Assembly (NCBI GenBank): GCA_965209085.1 | Contig: OZ242376.1 | Coordinates: 1,280,001 to 1,344,000, forward strand | Reading direction: 5' to 3' | DNA: 64,000 nt | Origin: Nitrosopumilaceae archaeon | GTDB taxonomy: Archaea; Thermoproteota; Nitrososphaeria; Nitrososphaerales; Nitrosopumilaceae | Shown here: piece by piece, positions 36,142-47,079 of the stretch | Layout: each line of letters begins with the position of its first letter | Numbering within the stretch: position 1 is the stretch's first letter | Program-made: the position numbers and the translations under genes | The notes under the pieces: generated by a model | Databases searched by the model: none | The model's input: the letters and a program-made list of their open reading frames with translations, nothing else | Told to the model about the DNA's origin: nothing

Positions 36142-37383
36142 ATGGTATTGACAGTCAAAAAGAAAAAATCAAAAAAAGCATCCGTAAAACGATCGGCTAG
36201 GCCTGTAAAAACAAAAGCATCCAAGCCTGTAAAATCAAAGACTGCTAGACCGACAAGGCCTGTAAAAACAAATGCTTCAAGATCGGCAAATACAGACAAG
36301 AGTATGACTTTGATCATAGAATCGACAAAAACGGTCTCAAAGGAGATAAAGACAATCTCAAAGATCTTTACGGACAATCAAAAAATACTGGAATCCATGA
36401 AAACCATGATAACCACCCTCTCTGGAACCATGCAGCACATTGACAGGCATTCCAAACAAATTATGCTGTTGGAAAATGAATCTCAAAAAATTCAGGCGGA
36501 CCTGCGCCAGGTAAATCAAAAGGCAGAGTCTGTGAAACCATCAGGCGCAATTAATGGCAATATTGAAAAAAGACTGGTCGCAATTGAAAACGAATCAAAT
36601 TTTGTACAGGTAAAGGAAATAATGTCAGAATGTCTTAAAATTACAAAAACTAGCGGACAAACTTTGGATAAAATATCAGATTATCTAAATAGTGCATCCA
36701 ATACAAACGCTGACAATATTGAATCAAAACTCGACGCCAATGCCAAGATGCTTGATGATGTCAGAAAACATCTTTACGATCATGTGCAGGATGGTGCGGA
36801 TAAAAATATCAAAAATGAAATCTCTGAAAAAATATCGACAATTTCTCGCGAGATTGCAGGATTACGCGAGCAGATACGCAGCGTTTCAGATGCGCAAATA
36901 ACTGACGAGCTTACAGACCACATGAGTGCCATATCCTCAAAAGCGGAGGTTCTCATGGGCATTCCGGCAGAATTACTAGAGATGCAGTCCCGTCTGAATT
37001 CCATAGAAGGAAAAATTGCAGAGAAAAAAGATTCCAGTGAAAAACAGCCATCAATTACGTTGCTAGAATATCAGGTAAAAATTCGCATGAATTCAGAATC
37101 AAAGTACGGGGATACAGACGAGCTGCAATCCATGATAGATCAGACCTCCGAGGTACTCCAAACAATTGAAAAAAACAAAAGCACCGGTATTTCAAAATGG
37201 GGCGTTTCACGCATTTTAGAGTGCGCCGACAGATGGGAGTTGCGATTCTCAGATGTACTAGCAATGATGAAAGATACGCTTGGTGCAGACATACTAAAGG
37301 AAGCAATTCGGATAAAACAGGTCAAAGACGTATACGGTGTGCGCGCAGTAGAGGATACAAAATCCCTTTTGGGTTTAGACTAG
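36142..37383 (+). CDS. Coiled-coil protein with Lys-rich N-terminus
   Basis: 413-aa ORF; N-terminal RPVK repeats; long heptad region. Confidence 0.75.
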   Translation: MVLTVKKKKSKKASVKRSARPVKTKASKPVKSKTARPTRPVKTNASRSANTDKSMTLIIESTKTVSKEIKTISKIFTDNQKILESMKTMITTLSGTMQHIDRHSKQIMLLENESQKIQADLRQVNQKAESVKPSGAINGNIEKRLVAIENESNFVQVKEIMSECLKITKTSGQTLDKISDYLNSASNTNADNIESKLDANAKMLDDVRKHLYDHVQDGADKNIKNEISEKISTISREIAGLREQIRSVSDAQITDELTDHMSAISSKAEVLMGIPAELLEMQSRLNSIEGKIAEKKDSSEKQPSITLLEYQVKIRMNSESKYGDTDELQSMIDQTSEVLQTIEKNKSTGISKWGVSRILECADRWELRFSDVLAMMKDTLGADILKEAIRIKQVKDVYGVRAVEDTKSLLGLD

Positions 37384-39413
37384 ACTCCGGGAGGCGGTAT
37401 TTTATCAGGTTCTGTAAGAGTGTCTTTTTTGTGCTTTAATGCTGCAAAGATTACGATAATCAGAGCTGCCCATAGTACTGAAATTATGATGTTTGAAATG
37501 CTCACATATGTATACGGTATTGCATCAAGTATGTGATCGGATATTTCCTGGGATCGTGCTTTCATATCCAACATTCCGGTATTGTACGCAGAGCTGTCCG
37601 CAGATATGGTTGCAAGAATTTGTACGCTTGAGAGCATTGTGTCAAGATCCCGCTGCATTCTCGCATAGTTTGTAGTCTCCGTAGGGAATATCCACACAGG
37701 GTTGCCGTCTCTTGGAAGATTACTCTTTATGGACAAAATATACTCTTGAATGTCCTGCGGGTCAGAGCTTGCAGATATTGCATCCAAAAGTCCTCGAGAC
37801 AGATCCAGGGGGTATACCTGCGAGGAGTATCCAATGTAGGCAGTTATCCCTCCGGCCACTATGAGTGCAAGGATGCCAGATAATGCAATTTTGTATGTAA
37901 TATTTGCCATTCTTTGCTCCCTGGAAATTGGTGCATTTAGCTTTGATTTATTTGTTTTAAAACGCGAATGAGAGATGCTCATTATTGCAATATACAAAAA
38001 TCCGATGGTTGGAATCAGTATTACTGGGACAAATGACGGATTGTTGGAGTATATTGCAATCATAACGCCGAATATTCCGTAAATGCCAAAGAATATTTCA
38101 AGCAGGGTCGTCTTTGTGAACGGCAAATTGTAGGCTTTATCGTCCCATTTGTCGGATTTTTTTAGTATGCCGTATTTTGGAGTGCGCAGAAATTCGTTTT
38201 TTTTGCCAAAAATGGCATCAAATACGGCCACAGTGTTGTTTACGGACAGCCCCGCATTGTATATTATAAGATACGGCAGCTGTTGCAGTTTTGAGGGCCA
38301 GGATTTGCCGTACATTTTTTGTATAATCAGGGCGTATGCAAAAGGACCCATTGCAATGTACGTGGCAAGAGTCACGGCGGGAAGATAGCTTACGATGTAC
38401 AGATTTACCTCTGAGGCAAGCAGGATTGGAAGTGTAAGAAACTGCAGCAGTATCAGCGGGAATACGATATGGCGCGTAAGCTGGATAAACGCCTGTATTT
38501 TTGTATCAACTTGTATTTTTCTTTTTACGGCAATACTTGCTCCCTGTTTTATGGCGCACTGTATGGATCCTTTTGCCCATCGAAACTGCTGCCTTTTTAC
38601 TGCATTCATTTGCACCGGCAGTTCAGCATCAACTACAATATCCGGTAAAAATATGCATTCCCATCCGCGCATCTGTGCACGGTAGCTTAGATCAAGATCT
38701 TCAACCAATGTTGTAGAATGCCAGCCGCCTGAATCCTCTATGCAGTTGCGCCGCCACACGCCAGCTGTTCCGTTAAAATTCATAAATAAATGCGAATGAC
38801 TCTTTGCTTTCTGCTCTATAAGAAAATGAAAGTCCAAGCTCATCGCCTGCGCCTGCGTTATGGAAGAATAGTTTTCATTTGCATGTCCCCACCGGCACTG
38901 GATAAATCCAATGTTTGGTTTTGAAAAATGTGGCAGTACGCGCTTTAGAAACCACGGTTTTGGCATAAAGTCCGCATCAAATATGGCCACAAAATCCGTG
39001 TTTGTCATACTCATGGCGTATTTTAACGCCCCCGCCTTGTAACCGGACCGCGTTGGGCGCCGGACATGCTCTATACGGAATCCCAATTCACGGTATTTTT
39101 TTACAAGATTTGCGACAAGTTCCACGGTATCATCATCAGAATCATCTAGCACCATGATTCTCATCTGCTCTTTTGGATAATCTATTTTACATACTGCATC
39201 AATCAGCCTTGTTGCAACGTATTTTTCATTATATATTGGAAGATGTATCGTAACTGAATCAGCTTTGAATGCCACAACGCTCAAGTTTACAATACGGCGT
39301 GAAGAGAGCAGGACAAGATAGTAAAAATTCAGCGTATACATTGTGATTACAAGTGCGGATACGAGAAAAAGATTGAAAATGGCTCCCATGAACGGATTTA
39401 AGACGATTTCCAT
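37380..39413 (-). CDS. GT2 glycosyltransferase (cellulose-synthase-like)
   Basis: LDDSDD, GYKAGAL, FDAD, LVEDLDLS, QQFRW (D,D,D,QxxRW); multiple TM helices. Confidence 0.93.
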   Translation of the reverse strand: MEIVLNPFMGAIFNLFLVSALVITMYTLNFYYLVLLSSRRIVNLSVVAFKADSVTIHLPIYNEKYVATRLIDAVCKIDYPKEQMRIMVLDDSDDDTVELVANLVKKYRELGFRIEHVRRPTRSGYKAGALKYAMSMTNTDFVAIFDADFMPKPWFLKRVLPHFSKPNIGFIQCRWGHANENYSSITQAQAMSLDFHFLIEQKAKSHSHLFMNFNGTAGVWRRNCIEDSGGWHSTTLVEDLDLSYRAQMRGWECIFLPDIVVDAELPVQMNAVKRQQFRWAKGSIQCAIKQGASIAVKRKIQVDTKIQAFIQLTRHIVFPLILLQFLTLPILLASEVNLYIVSYLPAVTLATYIAMGPFAYALIIQKMYGKSWPSKLQQLPYLIIYNAGLSVNNTVAVFDAIFGKKNEFLRTPKYGILKKSDKWDDKAYNLPFTKTTLLEIFFGIYGIFGVMIAIYSNNPSFVPVILIPTIGFLYIAIMSISHSRFKTNKSKLNAPISREQRMANITYKIALSGILALIVAGGITAYIGYSSQVYPLDLSRGLLDAISASSDPQDIQEYILSIKSNLPRDGNPVWIFPTETTNYARMQRDLDTMLSSVQILATISADSSAYNTGMLDMKARSQEISDHILDAIPYTYVSISNIIISVLWAALIIVIFAALKHKKDTLTEPDKIPPPGV

Positions 39414-39453
39414 TTAACATGCATGCTGTATTTTGCTATTTATATTTAGATAG

Positions 39454-40407
39454 TTATGAGATTTCGAATATTTTTATCGCCTTTGGAGGGCATACGACCT
39501 CGCATGCAAGGCAGAATATGCAGTCAGGCTCCTTTGACATTAGGGGTTTTTTATCAGATGCTACGTTGCCCGGCGTGTCAAACCATTCGTACACGTCTAC
39601 AGGACATGAGTCTATGCATGCCCCGTCTGCAACACAGATATCAAAGTCTACGGAAACAAATTCCCCCCATACGCCCATTATTGCATTATCCTCGCCTTTA
39701 CGTCCCCAGGTTTTTATTTTATTAGAGCTGTCGGCAACTGCAAAAGGCGATGATGCCGGCATGTGGGATTTGTATTCCACATCAATTGGTCCAGGTTTTG
39801 CCCCGTCCGGTATTTCAACTGCAGTCTCCTCAGATGGTGCAGAACCGGCAATCTGCGGGGCTGCAGCCAATTTTGGTTTGGGTTTTGCATTTAACACAAT
39901 TTTTGCCAGCGGAGTCATCTCTTCTAGCCTATCCAATGCCTGCTGGGCGGAAATTTTTTCAGTTTTTACCAAAGATGCTGCCATTTTGTCTGCAAGTATT
40001 GTATTGCGTAATATGGTATCAATTATCATTTTTGCATAATGATCCGCTTTTTTACGGTATTCTGTAACCCACTGCGAATCGCCAAAATGTTCAATTGGAA
40101 ATATCTGATAAATTATATCCACGACTTCACCGGTTACAATCTCCACGGTAACTGAAAGATCCGCACGTTTGTATTCAGAATCAGTCGTCTCCTCCACCCA
40201 CCTGTATGTTGCATAAATTCTGTCAGCATACATGTCCATCTCGAATGTTTTTTTCAGACCATCGTGTATTGAGGTAATCTCTGCAGGATCGTCAAGTTTT
40301 ATCGGGAGGCGGTATAGGCCAAGCTTGTATCCGTGTAATGGATATACTCCGCGTTTTGCAGTGGGGGCTTCCATTGTGTATACTCGGTCTTTAAGTAGTA
40401 GCGACAA
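39454..40407 (-). CDS. Ferredoxin-domain (2x[4Fe-4S]) protein
   Basis: CVADGACIDSCP and CIFCLACEVVCP at the C-terminus. Confidence 0.88.
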   Translation of the reverse strand: MSLLLKDRVYTMEAPTAKRGVYPLHGYKLGLYRLPIKLDDPAEITSIHDGLKKTFEMDMYADRIYATYRWVEETTDSEYKRADLSVTVEIVTGEVVDIIYQIFPIEHFGDSQWVTEYRKKADHYAKMIIDTILRNTILADKMAASLVKTEKISAQQALDRLEEMTPLAKIVLNAKPKPKLAAAPQIAGSAPSEETAVEIPDGAKPGPIDVEYKSHMPASSPFAVADSSNKIKTWGRKGEDNAIMGVWGEFVSVDFDICVADGACIDSCPVDVYEWFDTPGNVASDKKPLMSKEPDCIFCLACEVVCPPKAIKIFEIS

Positions 40408-40555
40408 CTAGGTTTGGGTTATAACTAGTCATTAAAAGTCTTTTTGGTTTTTTACATGAGATCATTGAATTTAGCCCCACTTGCAGTGCTCTTTGGGGAT
40501 TGTATTTTCGCAAAATACCACCGTTTTTAAGGTAATGTGGAATGTTTTGTTTTGG

Positions 40556-41371
40556 TTGAAGCTTCGAAAAGTGGCCATCATAAGTAAATTTGGATCAGTG
40601 GACTCTGAAAAGGCGTCCATAAAAGTGGCAAAGGTCTTTTTGGCCAAAAAAATTGCAGTCTATACAGTCTCCCCCGCATCCGTTCCAGGAACAAAGACTG
40701 TAGAGGCCACAGAGGATTTGAGAAAAGAAAAGCTGGATTTGGTAGTAACGCTTGGTGGCGATGGCACCACGCTGAGGGCGTTTAGGGGACTTGGCAATGA
40801 GACGCCAATGTTGGCAGTAAATGTCGGAGGAAACAGGGGAATACTCTCAGAGATAACCATGGATGGAATGAACAATGCCATAAAACAGATAGAGTCTGGC
40901 AATATTATACTTGAAAAGCGCATACGTGTTGTGGCATCATTTGACGGCAAGGAATTTGCGCCGGCGCTAAATGAAATACTCGTGCAGAGAAAAAACCTGA
41001 CAAAAACCGCAGAGTTTGCCATAAAGTTTCAAAATGACAAGGTAAAACAAAAGATGGACGGTGTTATAATAGCCACACCAAGCGGTTCCACAGGACATTC
41101 TCTCTCCCTTGGAGGACCCATACTGCACGAGAGTCTTGATGTGCTAATCATAACCCCCATAGCTCCAGTATACAGGCTTGAGTCCATCGTAGTGCCGGAT
41201 GAAAAGATCGAAGTGCAGTGTTCTCATGATTGTAATATAGTTATGGACGCACAGGTTGTGGTTTCTGCAGGATTTGGTGAAAAGATAACAATAACGAAGT
41301 TTAAAAAACCCGCAGTTTTTGTAAGATTGAAAAAACGTGGTTTGCGGCAGATGAGTAAGCTTGGCTTTTAG
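40556..41371 (+). CDS. nadK: NAD kinase
   Basis: LGGDGT, LNE, DGVIIATPSGSTGHSLSLGGP; likely TTG start at 40556. Confidence 0.93.
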   Translation: MKLRKVAIISKFGSVDSEKASIKVAKVFLAKKIAVYTVSPASVPGTKTVEATEDLRKEKLDLVVTLGGDGTTLRAFRGLGNETPMLAVNVGGNRGILSEITMDGMNNAIKQIESGNIILEKRIRVVASFDGKEFAPALNEILVQRKNLTKTAEFAIKFQNDKVKQKMDGVIIATPSGSTGHSLSLGGPILHESLDVLIITPIAPVYRLESIVVPDEKIEVQCSHDCNIVMDAQVVVSAGFGEKITITKFKKPAVFVRLKKRGLRQMSKLGF

Positions 41372-41846
41372 AATACTTGACGCAAGTGCGTTTTACGCAG
41401 GCGTTCCGTTTGGATCCACTGAAAAATATTATACTAGTACGCAGATATTTGACGAGATCAGCCACATAAAGGAAAAACACGGCGCCATTGACTTGCTGCT
41501 TGGGACTGGGAGATTGGATGTAAGGCAGGCAAATGAGAAATCACTAGAGGTGGTAAAAAAAGCATCAGTTGAATCCGGAGACGCGCAGACACTCTCCAAG
41601 AGTGACATCTCACTGCTAGCTTTGGGATATGAAATGAAAGGTGAGATTGTAACTGACGATTATGCCGTATCAAATGTGGCAAAAAGACTCAACATTGTAG
41701 TGCTGCCTGTTATGACCGGAGGCATAAAAGATACCGGAAGATGGATCAGATACTGCTCTGGGTGCTCTAAAGAATTTTCAACAGAAAAGATATGTCCCCA
41801 ATGCGGCAATCCGTTAAAGAAAAAATTACTCAAGCGGGAGACCTAG
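41361..41846 (+). CDS. nob1: NOB1-like PIN endonuclease
   Basis: ILDASAF, LSKSD, TDDYAV, C-terminal CSGC..CPQCG. Confidence 0.88.
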   Translation: MAFRILDASAFYAGVPFGSTEKYYTSTQIFDEISHIKEKHGAIDLLLGTGRLDVRQANEKSLEVVKKASVESGDAQTLSKSDISLLALGYEMKGEIVTDDYAVSNVAKRLNIVVLPVMTGGIKDTGRWIRYCSGCSKEFSTEKICPQCGNPLKKKLLKRET

Positions 41847-42590
41847 GCCTCTCCACTGGACAAAAGAGCCATCATACAGGCGCACTTTTTCAAATCCGGC
41901 TAGACGAAGCTGGTAGAAAAGGCTAGAGGCGCGGGTTCCATGCATGCAATAGCAGACAAGTTCCTTATCGCGCGGAATATTGGAAAATATTTTTTCAAGT
42001 TTTTCTGAATCCATAAAATGCATGCCAGCATCCCCAAGTCCGCTCGTATGCGGCATTAAAACGGCACCTGGCAGATGACCTGCCGAATATTCGGGCATGC
42101 TGCGCGCATCAATTACGTACGAGTCCGAGGATTGGATGAATTTTGCATCAACTAGCATAGAGTTATCAGGATTTGATTCAAATTTTGCAAAAGTGACATC
42201 TTTTACAATCTCTGACATTTTTATCCCGTTTTTTCGAAGCAGTGCAATGCTCTCCTGTATGCAATATACGTCGCTATGCCCTGCATACTCTAGAGCCCAC
42301 GCGATTCGCGCCATTGCCGGATCCGTATAGTCGCCTGCCAAAACCACCGGACGCGCAGAATCAATGCCCATGCTTGCAAACGCTGCGGCAGCCTTTGCAG
42401 GATCCAGTGCAAGGTGAGCTCCAAATTCCCCCTCTGTAATGACGTTTTGTATTGTAATTACAACAGAATTTTCCAAACGGCCGCTACGCGCAAACATCTT
42501 CATGCGCGTATCCACAAGTATCGGATTTTTACCGGATTCTTGCATTTGTACGTATTTTTCATACGGCACTAGTTTCACAAACTGCGGCAC
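41826..42590 (-). CDS. Sulfurtransferase (tandem rhodanese)
   Basis: DARSMPEY..GHLPGA, YCMHGTRAS, LYDGSFVQW. Confidence 0.9.
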   Translation of the reverse strand: MPQFVKLVPYEKYVQMQESGKNPILVDTRMKMFARSGRLENSVVITIQNVITEGEFGAHLALDPAKAAAAFASMGIDSARPVVLAGDYTDPAMARIAWALEYAGHSDVYCIQESIALLRKNGIKMSEIVKDVTFAKFESNPDNSMLVDAKFIQSSDSYVIDARSMPEYSAGHLPGAVLMPHTSGLGDAGMHFMDSEKLEKIFSNIPRDKELVCYCMHGTRASSLFYQLRLAGFEKVRLYDGSFVQWRGLGLPLE

Positions 42591-42606
42591 CGTTAGCCCC
42601 TATTTG

Positions 42607-43290
42607 TCAGCTTAGCTTTTTCTGCCCGGTTTTTTTATGACTTGTACTTTTGGAGCCTATCATTTTGCGTATTTTTTTGGCACGGGCGGATCCTAGTCCC
42701 TCTGTGCGCACAAGCTCCGAGTACGAGGCTGTCATTACCTTCAACGGAGTGCCAAAACGTTCAAGCAGTCTTGCGGCAAGCTTTGGACCCACTCCTGGCA
42801 GGCTAGCTAGAACGGACATTTGTTGTGATGAGACGTTGACGGATTTTTTTATTTTTTTAATGTACGGACCCTGCGGAAGGCTGCCTTTGCTTGCACACAT
42901 TGAAAGCAACAGTTTTGCAGTGTGCGCCGCACTCGGAGTTGGAATTATTGGAATTTTAAACTCCATTGCAACAGCTGCCAATGCCCCGTAAAATACCAGA
43001 GGGTTTTCGGTTATTTTTTCAACATCATCTATGTTACCTTCTATAATCATAACCGGGTTTTTGTAATTTTTGCACAAACGGGCGCATTGATCAAAGAGCC
43101 TGCCATCAAAGACTGATGAGACAAGATCCTTCATGCTTTTGCGCTCCACTGCAGTTTCTGGCGATACAATATAATCGCCCACAGGGAGTGTCCGTATTTC
43201 AGCGTCAAGACCTATGCTTTGCAAAAGTTTTGGTATTCCACTTTTGCGTTCCCTATCGTCAATTACTATGCGCAGTTTGGAAATGTTCAC
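42607..43290 (-). CDS. xpf: XPF/ERCC4 nuclease with HhH domain
   Basis: DDRE, GDY, VERKS, LPGVG HhH. Confidence 0.92.
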   Translation of the reverse strand: MNISKLRIVIDDRERKSGIPKLLQSIGLDAEIRTLPVGDYIVSPETAVERKSMKDLVSSVFDGRLFDQCARLCKNYKNPVMIIEGNIDDVEKITENPLVFYGALAAVAMEFKIPIIPTPSAAHTAKLLLSMCASKGSLPQGPYIKKIKKSVNVSSQQMSVLASLPGVGPKLAARLLERFGTPLKVMTASYSELVRTEGLGSARAKKIRKMIGSKSTSHKKTGQKKLS

Positions 43291-43316
43291 AGATAACGCA
43301 CGTACAACATGCTTGC

Positions 43317-43706
43317 TTAAGTCTTGTTTGGAGGCGGGGCAAGACCGGCATCTTTTTTGCCGCTTACCATTTCACTAATCTTGGCATCCTGCTCTTTGAG
43401 GCTCTCCTGCAAACGGGCTTCCTGTTTTTCCATAACGGTAATGCGCGTTTTGGCAAGCTCGCGGCGCTCGTTGAGATCTTCAATGGATGCAGTTTTGTTT
43501 GACTGCACAAGTATTGAACCGGCGTGTTTGAATACAGCATCAGTGTCTGAAGCTTTTCCCAGCTCCTCTAGTGCCTTTTCAATTTCGGCGCTTTCAATCA
43601 TTATCTGCTGTTTATGCGCTAAAATGTTCTGCAGGTTTTGCTGTGTTTTTTGCAGTTTTTGAAGCTGTTCTCTCAGCCAAGGGGGCACATTTTGCGGCGC
43701 AGACAT
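43317..43706 (-). CDS. pfdB: Prefoldin beta subunit
   Basis: Coiled coil with VFKHAGSILV hairpin; exosome operon context. Confidence 0.9.
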   Translation of the reverse strand: MSAPQNVPPWLREQLQKLQKTQQNLQNILAHKQQIMIESAEIEKALEELGKASDTDAVFKHAGSILVQSNKTASIEDLNERRELAKTRITVMEKQEARLQESLKEQDAKISEMVSGKKDAGLAPPPNKT

Positions 43707-43729
43707 GCATAACCAGAATTGCTGATTTC

Positions 43730-43963
43730 TTATATGTCTAGTGATTTTTCACAGACGCGTAAAAGTCCAAGAAGCGAGTTTACGTTTGCCCTCAAATGTG
43801 GCAAACTTTCAGAGTGTACGGTTATATCCAAAGAACCATCGTATGAAATGTCAGTATCGGAAGGATTTTCAGGATAAAATTCATTGTCAGTCTTTATGGA
43901 TTCGTATATGGCCCGCGTCCGCTCACCAGCATCCGCTTTAATGTGCGCCTCAAATCTTGACAT
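43730..43963 (-). CDS. pcc1: KEOPS subunit Pcc1
   Basis: LRANVNSLL motif; position between rpl37ae and pfdB. Confidence 0.8.
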   Translation of the reverse strand: MSRFEAHIKADAGERTRAIYESIKTDNEFYPENPSDTDISYDGSLDITVHSESLPHLRANVNSLLGLLRVCEKSLDI

Positions 43964-44159
43964 CGTATGCGGTTCCGGCTATTTTGTATGCGCATTTTTT
44001 GCAGGTCCACACGCCCACTGCCACACGGCCAAATGATTTAGAACCGCATTTTGGGCAGGGTCTAACTTCCTTTAAGAGATGGTGGATTTTTGTATATTGT
44101 TTGCGCAGTTTAATTCCATATCTTGCGCCAAGTCCTGCAAGTGATTTTCTGCGCGCCAT
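43950..44159 (-). CDS. rpl37ae: 50S ribosomal protein L37ae
   Basis: GARYG..LRK, CPKC, GVWTCKKC. Confidence 0.93.
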   Translation of the reverse strand: MARRKSLAGLGARYGIKLRKQYTKIHHLLKEVRPCPKCGSKSFGRVAVGVWTCKKCAYKIAGTAYDVKI

Positions 44160-44978
44160 TTAGAGATCATTCCTGCCGGTAGCCTTGCGTATCATATCAC
44201 GCACCTTTTTCCCGGTTTTTATGGACATTTCTGCACACACTTCTAGCTGTTTTTGTGTAAATCCGGCATTGCCGCCTTTTTGCATGGCGCAAATATTTTC
44301 ATCAGAATTTGTGACAATTGTCACGCGCGCATCCATTGATTCCCATTCGTCTCCGTTTGGATCAATTATAATGTGATCTTTGATGCGTGCCATTGTTATT
44401 GAAACTGGCACCGTTTGAACCGGAGTTGGCTCTTCTGCGCCATCTACAAGCTGCGGCACATCATCAACCATCTCCCATTTTGGCATCTTTGATGAGAGTA
44501 TGGCGCACGCTGATGCATACGAGCATGCATCAAAGAGATTGCCGTCATGGTCGATCACGCTGTTGTCTGCAAAGATGCCCACCACTGAAACATTTTTTTT
44601 GATTACAAGTTTGGAGACATCCAAGGTTCCACTCTCGCGTATTCCCCTGTCCACAACACGGGCCAGCTCTATCACGGTAGGGGTTGGAGGTCCAGGTTCT
44701 GCCGTATGGTGTGCAATTGGAAGAATTTCTGCCGTGCAGATAAGCATGCCCTTGTCGCCTGAATCCGGATAAGGTCTGTCAGGCTGTATTTTTACGCCTG
44801 TAACCACGTGTGTATATCCCAAAAGAACGCGTGCAGAACCGTTAGCTTTTGGTATTACCCCAGTCTCCAGGACAAGTTTGCGCTGTTCTTCAAGACCGCG
44901 TCCGTCAATGCGTTTGTCCTGCTCTAAGAGCGTTGCAATCTGTTTGCGTTTTAGCTGATCAATAACTGATTTTTGCAC
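44160..44978 (-). CDS. rrp42: Exosome subunit Rrp42
   Basis: RIDGR, ANGSARV, ELARVVDRGIRES, DGNLFDA. Confidence 0.93.
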   Translation of the reverse strand: MQKSVIDQLKRKQIATLLEQDKRIDGRGLEEQRKLVLETGVIPKANGSARVLLGYTHVVTGVKIQPDRPYPDSGDKGMLICTAEILPIAHHTAEPGPPTPTVIELARVVDRGIRESGTLDVSKLVIKKNVSVVGIFADNSVIDHDGNLFDACSYASACAILSSKMPKWEMVDDVPQLVDGAEEPTPVQTVPVSITMARIKDHIIIDPNGDEWESMDARVTIVTNSDENICAMQKGGNAGFTQKQLEVCAEMSIKTGKKVRDMIRKATGRNDL

Positions 44979-45715
44979 TAGCTAGAACCCCCATTTGCAA
45001 AGTATTTTGCGTGCAGTGCTTTTTTCTGCTCCTCGTATGCAAGTTTGCATCCAATTATGGCCGTGTCTAGGCATTTTTTATATTCATCAAAACTAAGAAC
45101 ACCGTCTAGCTGTACCAATGTTACGCGGTCAAGGTTTGGCATGTATCCTACAGGCATGTCTGCCTGTCCTGCCTGATCCTCTTCGTTGTTTACATCCAAT
45201 ACGATAGTATCTGCAACCTTGCCGGCAGCGCACGCACACACCATGTCGCGCATTGGAATTCCAGCATCAGCTAGTGCAACAGATGCAGCATCCAGTGCTG
45301 CACAGCGTGTTCCACCGTCTGCCTGTAAAACTTCGATATAGACGTCTACTGCGGTACGCGGGAATTTTTCAAGCATTACCGCCGGCAAAAGTGCCTCTTT
45401 GATTACTTTGGATATTTCAATTTCACGTCTAGACGGCGCGGGGTTTTTTCTCTCACCCACAGAAAACGGCGTCATGTGGTATCTGCACCTTAGAATACCC
45501 GTGTCAGAATCTGACATGTGCTTTGGATGTACGTCGCGCGGACCGTACACTCCGGCCAGTATTTTATTGTCGCCAAATTCAATGTATGCTGAACCGTTTG
45601 CATTTCGCAAAACGCCAGCCTGTATGGATATGCGGCGCGTTTCGTTCACTTTACGGCCATCACACCGTATGCCGTTTTCGTCCATTAGTACAAGTTTTGA
45701 TTCTCTGCCGCCCAT
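44978..45715 (-). CDS. rrp41: Exosome exonuclease Rrp41
   Basis: PSRREIEISKVI, LQADGGTR. Confidence 0.95.
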   Translation of the reverse strand: MGGRESKLVLMDENGIRCDGRKVNETRRISIQAGVLRNANGSAYIEFGDNKILAGVYGPRDVHPKHMSDSDTGILRCRYHMTPFSVGERKNPAPSRREIEISKVIKEALLPAVMLEKFPRTAVDVYIEVLQADGGTRCAALDAASVALADAGIPMRDMVCACAAGKVADTIVLDVNNEEDQAGQADMPVGYMPNLDRVTLVQLDGVLSFDEYKKCLDTAIIGCKLAYEEQKKALHAKYFANGGSS

Positions 45716-45724
45716 TATTTACAC

Positions 45725-46396
45725 CTAGGATTCAAGCATGGACTTGACCTTGTCCGTAAGGTTTGACATGTGGGCATTATCATCTATCATTTTAATCGCT
45801 TTTTTAGCCTTTAATAACCCATCCGCATCTTTTGCATCAATTACTATTCTGCCGTTTTGTCCGGCCGTTATCATACAGCCTGATGACTCTTCTATCATTT
45901 GTATCATTGATCCTCGTTTTCCTATCAGACGCGGTATCTTGCTGCTAGACATGGATACAAGGTCTCCAGTGTCAATTTTCCCCAAATCACGGTCAGAGAC
46001 TGTAATTAACGGATCGCGCGTACGATCAAAGTTTGCAATTCGTGCCGCAACCATGTCGCCTTTGATTAGTTTTGATGCCAATGCATCAGCACTAGCGGTG
46101 AAATCGCGCCCAAATATGTCGCTTGCAGGCAAAAATCCAACATAACAGGAATTAATGTCAACTTCCCAAGAAAGTGACGTATGTGAGATGACCTTTCCGA
46201 CCACCATGTCATCCACCTTTGGAAAGTACATTCCGGTCAGCGGCAGTACGCGGACTGCATCATCGTATATCTCAGAGGTTCCAACAATCGTAGAGGATAT
46301 GTTTTTGCCGTCAAATATCACATTTTCCTCCGGACGCATAGGTCTTGAAGTTATTACCTCGCCTGGGAGCACATGTTTGCGCATCTCATCGCTCAT
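45725..46396 (-). CDS. rrp4: Exosome RNA-binding subunit Rrp4
   Basis: S1 plus KH (PRLIGKRGSM) domains. Confidence 0.92.
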   Translation of the reverse strand: MSDEMRKHVLPGEVITSRPMRPEENVIFDGKNISSTIVGTSEIYDDAVRVLPLTGMYFPKVDDMVVGKVISHTSLSWEVDINSCYVGFLPASDIFGRDFTASADALASKLIKGDMVAARIANFDRTRDPLITVSDRDLGKIDTGDLVSMSSSKIPRLIGKRGSMIQMIEESSGCMITAGQNGRIVIDAKDADGLLKAKKAIKMIDDNAHMSNLTDKVKSMLES

Positions 46397-47079
46397 GAAA
46401 CCATCTCGGCTGTTGCCGTACCCTTTGTTACCGAACCTAATTTATCCAACATGACCGGTCTTCTTGCCGCAGCTATTTCTAGTATTGCTTTAAGCGAACC
46501 GTTTGATAACCATTCTTCTTTTTTTAGTGTGCCTGAAGATTTTAAAACCGAATAAGACTGGGCCGCGTATTGGGCCGGCACCGTAATAACAAGATCAATG
46601 TTTTCAGATTTTAATGGAATTATTCCCCGCAGTCCGTCCACAATGTCTTTTATCTGATCGTCTGCGCTTTTTTGCGGATCTATTGTAATGCGGGCATCAG
46701 TCATCGCCTGTTCTATGCGCAAAGGAGGATGCGGCAGATGGGATCTTGGATCAACGTACGTTTTTGCAATATGATCTATAATCTGTTTTCTTTTCTCATC
46801 CACCATCTTGCGGCGCTGCGCCGTGGTAAGATTTAGATCCCCTTTTTTGAGTATAATTTCGGCAATTTTTGCAGGATCGTCGGTCTTGAACGCTTTTACA
46901 AGCGCATCATCGGAGGGTTTGTTTCCCTTGCCCGAATCCGTATAGATATCCTCAGATATTAGAACCGATGATATGTCCGTGCGTTTTCCAAGTTTGAATT
47001 CCAGCGCTTGATCCGGTTTTACTAGTATCTCAAATTTTTTACCCTCGTATGAAAATCTAGCCGTAGTCGTTTCTACCAT
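46393..47079 (-). CDS. Ribosome maturation protein SBDS
   Basis: KFEILV, PHPPLRIEQAM. Confidence 0.92.
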   Translation of the reverse strand: MVETTTARFSYEGKKFEILVKPDQALEFKLGKRTDISSVLISEDIYTDSGKGNKPSDDALVKAFKTDDPAKIAEIILKKGDLNLTTAQRRKMVDEKRKQIIDHIAKTYVDPRSHLPHPPLRIEQAMTDARITIDPQKSADDQIKDIVDGLRGIIPLKSENIDLVITVPAQYAAQSYSVLKSSGTLKKEEWLSNGSLKAILEIAAARRPVMLDKLGSVTKGTATAEMVS